In this document: positions 54,818-64,000 of the stretch, one piece after another
Layout: each line of letters starts with the position of its first letter
How positions within the stretch are numbered: the stretch's first letter is position 1
Assembly (NCBI GenBank): GCA_963765575.1
Contig: CAVXWZ010000002.1
Location: 384,001 to 448,000, forward strand
DNA from: an uncultured cyanobacterium
GTDB lineage: Bacteria > Cyanobacteriota > Cyanobacteriia > PCC-6307 > Cyanobiaceae
Direction of reading: 5' to 3'
DNA length: 64,000 bases
Notes under the pieces: model-generated
Seen by the model: only the letters and a program-made list of their open reading frames with translations
Databases searched by the model: none
What the model was told of the DNA's origin: nothing
Position numbers and translations under genes: made by a program

Positions 54818-56102
54818 GTGGGGGTCCTGGCAAGCGGCGGTGAGCTGGAGCGCCGCCTCTGGCAGCGGCTGGCGCCACAGCACTGGCCGATTGATCCCCG
54901 CGACCTGCCCGCTGGCAGCGCCCTGGTGGGGGGGGCCGTACGCGATGCCCTGCTGGGCCGGCTGAGCGGGCAACCCGATCTGGACCTGGTCGTCCCAGCC
55001 GGTGCCATCGCCCTCGGCCAGCAGCTGGCCCGGCAGCGGGGGGAGCTGCGTGGTGCTGGATCGGCAGCGGGACATCGCCCGGGTGGTGCTGGCGAGCTGG
55101 ACGATCGACCTCGCCCGCCAGGAGGGACGGACACTGCGCGACGACCTGGGCCGGCGGGACTTCAGCGCCAATGCCATCGCCCTGCCCCTGGCCCCGGGAG
55201 CAGGGCTGCTCGATCCCACCGGCGGTCTGGCGGCCCTGCGGCAGGGCCGGTTGGTGGCGGTGTCGGAGGCCAACCTGCTCGACGATCCGCTGCGCCTGCT
55301 GCGCGGCATCCGGTTGTGCTGGCAGCTTGAGCTGCAGCTGGAGACCACCACCGCCGGCTGGATCGCCACCCACGCCTCGCGGCTGGCCGACGTGGCGGGG
55401 GAGCGGGTGCTGAGTGAGTTGCAACGCCTGGCCGAGGCGGCCGAGGGTGGGCGCGGACTGCTGCAGGCCCTGGAGCTGGATCTGCTGCGTCCCTGGACCA
55501 CGGAGGGAGGGACCACCCAAGGCGGGGCCACCGAGGGCTGGGCCGCCGGCTGGCTGGCCCTGCTGGATGCCGGCGCCACCGGGCGACTGGGGCTGAGTGC
55601 CGCCGAGAGCGCCGCAGCCCTGCCCCTGGCCCGTCTGGCCGCCCTGCTGCCCCCGCAGGCGGTGTTGGCCCTGCGCGGCAGCCGGCGGCTACAGCGCCAG
55701 TGCGCAGTGCTGCGCCACTGGTGGCAGCGCCTGCAGGACAGCGGCGGCGCAACGGCCGCAGGCGAACGGCGGCCATTGCCGCTGGACGCCCTTGATGAGA
55801 CCGCGCGCCTGCAGCTGCAGCACGAGCTGGAGCCAATCCTGCCCGCCCTGCTGCTGGCCCTGCCGGCAGCCCCGGCCCGCCTCGCCCTGCAGCGCTGGCG
55901 CGATGCCGAGGATCCCCTGTTCCATCCCCGTTCAGCGCTGAACGGCGACCGCCTGCGGCAAGAGCTGGGGATGCCGGCCGGGCCTGAACTGGGAGAGCTG
56001 CTCGGGCACCTGAGCCACGAACGGGCCTTTGGCCGTCTGCCGGCGGGCGGCACGCAGGAGGCCCTGGCCGCCGCACGCCTGTGGCTGGAGCAACGCCGCT
56101 GA
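54818..56102 (+). CDS. tRNA nucleotidyltransferase / poly(A) polymerase family (frameshift at G run 55038-55043)
   Basis: VGGAVRD, DLDLV, DL.RRDF..NA, DDPLRLLR; start uncertain. Confidence 0.88.
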
Positions 56103-56212
56103 CCAGCCCACGCCGTGGTTAACTGCATGGAGCGATGGCTTGAGATGAGTGAGTCCTGTCTTCGCCTGCTTCCCCTTCAGCTGAAGTATTCCATTTTCTG
56201 AATTTCCCCTCC

Positions 56213-56632
56213 ATGAGCGTTCGTCTCTACGTCGGCAACCTGCCGCAGTCTTTTGATGCCAAGGAGCTCGAAGCTCTGTTCACCGGCGTTGGAGAAGGGG
56301 TCCGCTTCAAAGTCGTCAACGACCGCGAGACCGGCCTCTGCCGGGGCTTCGGCTTCGCCAACGTCGACGATCAGGCCAAGGCCGACGCGGTGATCTCCCA
56401 GCTCAACGGCAAGGACTTCGGCGGCAACACCCTGCGCATCGAAGTGTCCGAGCGCCGCGACAGCCGCCCCACCGGCGGCACCGAGCGCCGCGGGCAGAGT
56501 GCCCCGCAGCGTCAGGCCACCAAGAAAGTGGTGCATGCCGACCAGGTGGACAGCGAAGCCCCCGACCCCCGCTGGGCCGGCGACCTCGCCAAGCTGAAGC
56601 AACTGCTCGACAGCCAGAAGGCTGCCGTCTGA
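56213..56632 (+). CDS. RRM RNA-binding protein, class with PDPRWA C-terminus (Rbp3-like)
   Basis: LYVGNL, RGFGF, PDPRWA. Confidence 0.93.
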   Translation: MSVRLYVGNLPQSFDAKELEALFTGVGEGVRFKVVNDRETGLCRGFGFANVDDQAKADAVISQLNGKDFGGNTLRIEVSERRDSRPTGGTERRGQSAPQRQATKKVVHADQVDSEAPDPRWAGDLAKLKQLLDSQKAAV

Positions 56633-56678
56633 TCCCACCGCCCCCGGTCCGCTGATTCAGGCCCCCTCTCAGCTCTGG

Positions 56679-57611
56679 TTGTGGCGGGGCCACACGGTCG
56701 GCGTGCGCCGAAGCGGCGAGGCATCGGCCGCCGAGAAGGTGCTGCTGATCCACGGCTTCGGGGCCTCCTCGGCCCACTGGCGCCACACCCTGCCCGCCCT
56801 GGCCGACATCGCTGAGGTGATCGCCCTCGACCTGTTGGGTTTCGGGGCCAGCTCCAAGCCGCGCTCCCGCCTCGCCGACGAGCCTGAGCAGCCGCAGGCG
56901 GTGCGTTACTGCTTCGATCTCTGGGCCGCGCAAGTGGCCGACGCGGCTGCTGAGCTCCTGCGCATCGGGGAGCAACCCTGTCGGCTGCATCTGGTGGGCA
57001 ACTCGATCGGCGGCATGGTGGCCCTCAACGCCGCCCGGCTGCTGCGCGCTCGCGGCCTGCCTCCCCAGCAGGTGGTGCTGCTGGACTGCGCCCAGCGGGC
57101 CCTTGATGACAAGCGGCTGGCGCAGCTGCCGGGTTGGCAGCGTCCATCACGCCCCCTGCTCAAGGCCCTGGTGCGCCAGCGCTCCCTGGTGGCACCCCTG
57201 TTCCGCCTGCTGGCGCGGCCGGCGGTGATCCGCCGGGTGCTGAGGCGGGCCTACCCCAGCGGCGCCCACGTGGATCAGGAGCTGGTGGATCTGCTGTTCC
57301 AGCCCAGCACCGACAGCGGGGCCGTGGAGAGCTTCCGGGGTTTTGTGAACCTGTTCAACGACCACCTCGCACCGGAGCTCCTCGCCGAGCTCAGCGCCCC
57401 GGACGCGGCCGGCCGGGAGCTGGTGCCGGTGCGGCTGATCTGGGGGGAGGCCGATCCCTGGGAAGACCCCGCCGAGGCGAGGCGCTGGGCGGAGTGTTTC
57501 GCCTGCATCCAGGAGCTGGTGGTGCTGCCCGGGGTGGGACACTGCCCCCACGACGAGGCCCCGGAGCTGGTGAACCCCCTGCTGCGCCGCTGGATCACTG
57601 GCGAGACCTGA
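56679..57611 (+). CDS. alpha/beta fold hydrolase
   Basis: LIHGFGAS, GNSIGG, GHCPHDE. Confidence 0.92.
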   Translation: MWRGHTVGVRRSGEASAAEKVLLIHGFGASSAHWRHTLPALADIAEVIALDLLGFGASSKPRSRLADEPEQPQAVRYCFDLWAAQVADAAAELLRIGEQPCRLHLVGNSIGGMVALNAARLLRARGLPPQQVVLLDCAQRALDDKRLAQLPGWQRPSRPLLKALVRQRSLVAPLFRLLARPAVIRRVLRRAYPSGAHVDQELVDLLFQPSTDSGAVESFRGFVNLFNDHLAPELLAELSAPDAAGRELVPVRLIWGEADPWEDPAEARRWAECFACIQELVVLPGVGHCPHDEAPELVNPLLRRWITGET

Positions 57612-57648
57612 GCGTTCAGCGGAGCTGAGCGTTCAGCCGGCCAGGCGC

Positions 57649-61198
<3,550 letters not shown>

Positions 61199-61215
61199 CC
61201 GCCTGAGCGGCCCGC

Positions 61216-62238
61216 TCAGGCTCCGGCCGTGGCGGCGGCCTCGGGTGCCTCTGGCTGGGGGCCGGCCTCTGACTGGTTGGCGGCCGCAGGCTGGGCGGGA
61301 CGGCGCAGGGGGCTGTCGGCGCTGGCGAACACGGGCAGCACCTCCCGGCGGAAGGCTTCAGCCGCCCGGGAGCAGTAGCGGGCCGGGTGGCTGATCAGCT
61401 TCAGCTGACGGCGCACGACCAGGTCGGAGACCTGGGGCCGGTGCAGGCTGCCGGAGGCCAGTTCGCGCTCGATCGACACCACCGGCAGGAAGGCCGCACC
61501 CAGGCCCGACTGCACGGCGTTCTTGATCGCCTCGAAGGAATTGAGCTCCATCTCGATCTTCAGCCTCGACAGCTCCAGGCCGGAGCGGGCCAACAGATGG
61601 TCCACCATCTTGCGGGTGGTGGACTGGGCATCGAGACAGACGAAACCGAGCCGATAGAGGTCGTCCTTGGTGAGCTCGGGCAGACGGGCCAGGGCGTGCT
61701 TGGTGGGCAGCACCAGGGCCAGGTCGTCCACCCCATAGGGCACCACCTGCAGCAGCTCATTGAGTTCGCTGGGCAGCTCGCCGCCGATGATCGCCAGGTC
61801 GATCTGGCCGTTGGCCACGCTCCAGCCGGTGCGGCGGGTGCTGTGCACCTGCAGCTGGACCGCCACATCCGGGTACTTCTGGCGGAACAGGCCGATCATG
61901 CGCGGCATCAGGTAGGTGCCCGTGGTCTGGCTGGCACCCACGATCAGGGAACCACCGCGCAGGTTGTGGAGGTCTTCCAGGGCCCGGCAGGCCTCCTGAC
62001 ACTGGCTGAGGATGCGGTCGCAGTAGCTCAGCAACAGGTGGCCGGCCTCGGTGAGCTGGGCTTTGCGCCCACCCCGATCGAACAGCGACACACTCAGCTG
62101 CTTCTCCAGGTTCTGGATCTGCAGGCTCACCGCCGGCTGGGTGACGTAGAGGCTGTCGGCGGCTTTCTTGAAGCTGCCTTCACTGGCGATGGCCCGCAGG
62201 ATGCGCAGCTGGTCGAGGGTGAACGGCAGATCTGCCAT
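61216..62238 (-). CDS. LysR-family regulator (RbcR/Ycf30-like)
   Basis: [29 protein letters not shown]. Confidence 0.93.
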   Translation of the reverse strand: MADLPFTLDQLRILRAIASEGSFKKAADSLYVTQPAVSLQIQNLEKQLSVSLFDRGGRKAQLTEAGHLLLSYCDRILSQCQEACRALEDLHNLRGGSLIVGASQTTGTYLMPRMIGLFRQKYPDVAVQLQVHSTRRTGWSVANGQIDLAIIGGELPSELNELLQVVPYGVDDLALVLPTKHALARLPELTKDDLYRLGFVCLDAQSTTRKMVDHLLARSGLELSRLKIEMELNSFEAIKNAVQSGLGAAFLPVVSIERELASGSLHRPQVSDLVVRRQLKLISHPARYCSRAAEAFRREVLPVFASADSPLRRPAQPAAANQSEAGPQPEAPEAAATAGA

Positions 62239-62342
62239 GGTTCGGCCTGCAAGCCCGCAGGCCAGCGCCAGCAGGGGGCCCAAACTCTAGGGGCCGCCAC
62301 CGGCGGCCAGAATCGCTGCCTTCACAACTCCCCATCCAGCCC

Positions 62343-63095
62343 GTGTTCGCCAGCTTCAGCCCGCCGGTTGGCAACCACCACAGCAGCTGGGTGATGCTGG
62401 CCCTGTTGCTGGTCTTCGCCGTGATCCACAGCGGGGGGGCCTCCCTGCGCGCCGCAGCTGTGGAGCGGATCGGCGAGCGGGCCTGGCGGCTGATCTTCGC
62501 CGGGCTGAGCATCCCCGCGGCCGTGGTGCTGGTGGGCTATTTCCTGGCCCACCGCTACGACGGCATCCGGCTCTGGGACCTGCAGGACCAACCCTGGATC
62601 GTGCCGCTGGTGTGGATCGGCACGGCCATCAGCTTCGTGTTTCTGTATCCGGCCACCTACAACCTGCTGGAGATCCCGGCCCTGCTGAAGCCCCAGGTGC
62701 GGCTCTATGCCACGGGCATCATCCGCATCAGCCGCCATCCCCAGGCGGTGGGGCAGGTGCTCTGGTGCGCCACCCACCTGCTCTGGATCGGCAGCAGCTT
62801 CATGGTGGCTGCCAGCATCGGCCTGATCGCCCACCACCTGTTCGCCGTCTGGAACGGCGACCGGCGGCTGCACAACCGCTTTGGAGCGGCGTTCGAGGAG
62901 CTGCGGGCCACGACCTCGGTGATCCCCTTCAAGGCCGTGCTCGACGGCCGCCAACAGCTGGTGGCCTCAGAATTTCTGCGGCCGGCCCAGCTGGGCATCG
63001 CCATCGCCATCGGCCTGTTCTGGTGGTCCCACCGCTACATCGGTGTGGGAGCCACCGGCTTTTCCCGTACCCAGCTGGCCCACTGGCTCGGTTGA
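62343..63095 (+). CDS. NnrU family protein, likely zeta-carotene isomerase (Z-ISO)
   Basis: HSGGA.LR, HRYDG, TYNLLE, RISRHPQ, GDRRL. Confidence 0.85.
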   Translation: MFASFSPPVGNHHSSWVMLALLLVFAVIHSGGASLRAAAVERIGERAWRLIFAGLSIPAAVVLVGYFLAHRYDGIRLWDLQDQPWIVPLVWIGTAISFVFLYPATYNLLEIPALLKPQVRLYATGIIRISRHPQAVGQVLWCATHLLWIGSSFMVAASIGLIAHHLFAVWNGDRRLHNRFGAAFEELRATTSVIPFKAVLDGRQQLVASEFLRPAQLGIAIAIGLFWWSHRYIGVGATGFSRTQLAHWLG

Positions 63096-63187
63096 GGCCT
63101 CAGCCAGCAGTCGTGCTGTCAATCCCCCATCCCTGAGCGGCGCCGCAGGCAGCACTGCCTACACTCGCCCCAGCCCGTGCCCGCCGG

Positions 63188-64000
63188 ATGCCCTCAGCCG
63201 CTCAACTTGCCTGGTTGATCCCGGCGCTGCCCCTGGCGGGTGCCTGCCTGGTGGGCCTCGGCCTGATCAGCTTCAACCGCACGATCAACCGTCTGCGCAA
63301 ACCGGTGGCCTGGCTGCTGATCAGCTGTGTCGGTGCGGCAGCGGTACTCAGCTTCGCCGTGCTGGCCGAGCAGCTCGCCGGTGCGGGGCCCACCGAAATT
63401 CTCTTCAACTGGGCCAGCGCCGGCAGCTTCAACCTGCAGATGGGCTTCCGCGTGGATGCCCTGGCCGCGGTGATGCTGGCGTTGGTGACCACCATCGCCC
63501 TGCTGGTGATGGTCTATTCCGATGGCTACATGGCCCACGACAAGGGCTATGTGCGTTTCTTCACCTATCTGGCCCTGTTCAGCAGCTCGATGCTGGGGCT
63601 GGTGATCAGCCCCAACCTGCTCGAGATCTACGTGTTCTGGGAGCTGGTGGGCATGTGCTCCTACCTGCTGGTGGGCTTCTGGTACGACCGCGACGGTGCT
63701 GCCAACGCTGCCCAGAAGGCCTTTGTGGTGAACCGGGTGGGTGACTTCGGCCTGCTGCTGGGAATCCTGGGGCTGTTCTGGGCCACGGGCAGCTTCGGCT
63801 TCGAGGAGATCGGTGCCCGGCTGCAGGAGGCCGTGGCCGGCGGCAGCCTCAGCAGCACGGTGGCCGTGATTCTCTGTCTGCTCGTGTTCATGGGGCCGAT
63901 GGCCAAGTCGGCCCAGTTCCCCCTGCACGTGTGGCTCCCCGATGCGATGGAGGGCCCCACGCCGATCTCAGCCCTGATCCATGCCGCCACCATGGTGGCC
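63188..64000 (+). CDS. ndhF: NDH-1 subunit F (partial, runs off the window)
   Basis: AWLIP.LPL, YMAHD.GY.RFF, WELVG, NRVGD, AKSAQFPLHVWLPDAMEGPTP. Confidence 0.96.
   Translation, partial: MPSAAQLAWLIPALPLAGACLVGLGLISFNRTINRLRKPVAWLLISCVGAAAVLSFAVLAEQLAGAGPTEILFNWASAGSFNLQMGFRVDALAAVMLALVTTIALLVMVYSDGYMAHDKGYVRFFTYLALFSSSMLGLVISPNLLEIYVFWELVGMCSYLLVGFWYDRDGAANAAQKAFVVNRVGDFGLLLGILGLFWATGSFGFEEIGARLQEAVAGGSLSSTVAVILCLLVFMGPMAKSAQFPLHVWLPDAMEGPTPISALIHAATMVA

Overview
GC-rich picocyanobacterial core-genome window (Cyanobium/freshwater Synechococcus-like, inferred from the 16S/ITS layout and gene content). It opens with the 5' part of an rRNA operon on the minus strand (promoters, long leader, 16S, tRNA-Ile, tRNA-Ala, ITS; 23S lies outside the window). 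About 60 housekeeping, photosynthesis, carotenoid and lipid genes follow, including psbU, nadB, rimO, petL, queD, aroK, rbfA, hemD, zds, ndhO, psbD, tRNA-Asn, rpaA, holB, tmk, a Cu-ATPase, ycf3, radA, rpaB, plsX-fabH-fabD-plsC, tsaB, cca, crtB, pds, ndhM, a LysR regulator and partial ndhF. I found no mobile element, prophage, CRISPR array or defence system. Many single-base frameshifts, several in normally essential genes, point to consensus errors. The most interesting signal is around a Som-type porin gene (35.7-37.8 kb). Its long 3' UTR holds a hairpin whose loop is perfectly complementary (11 nt) to the porin's own ribosome-binding site and resembles the Yfr1 seed. Its 5' leader folds over the same site. 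Upstream lies a 17-aa sORF with a strong Shine-Dalgarno preceded by two mutually exclusive hairpins. Also notable are an orphan PilP-like lipoprotein and a petL gene missing from the ORF track.
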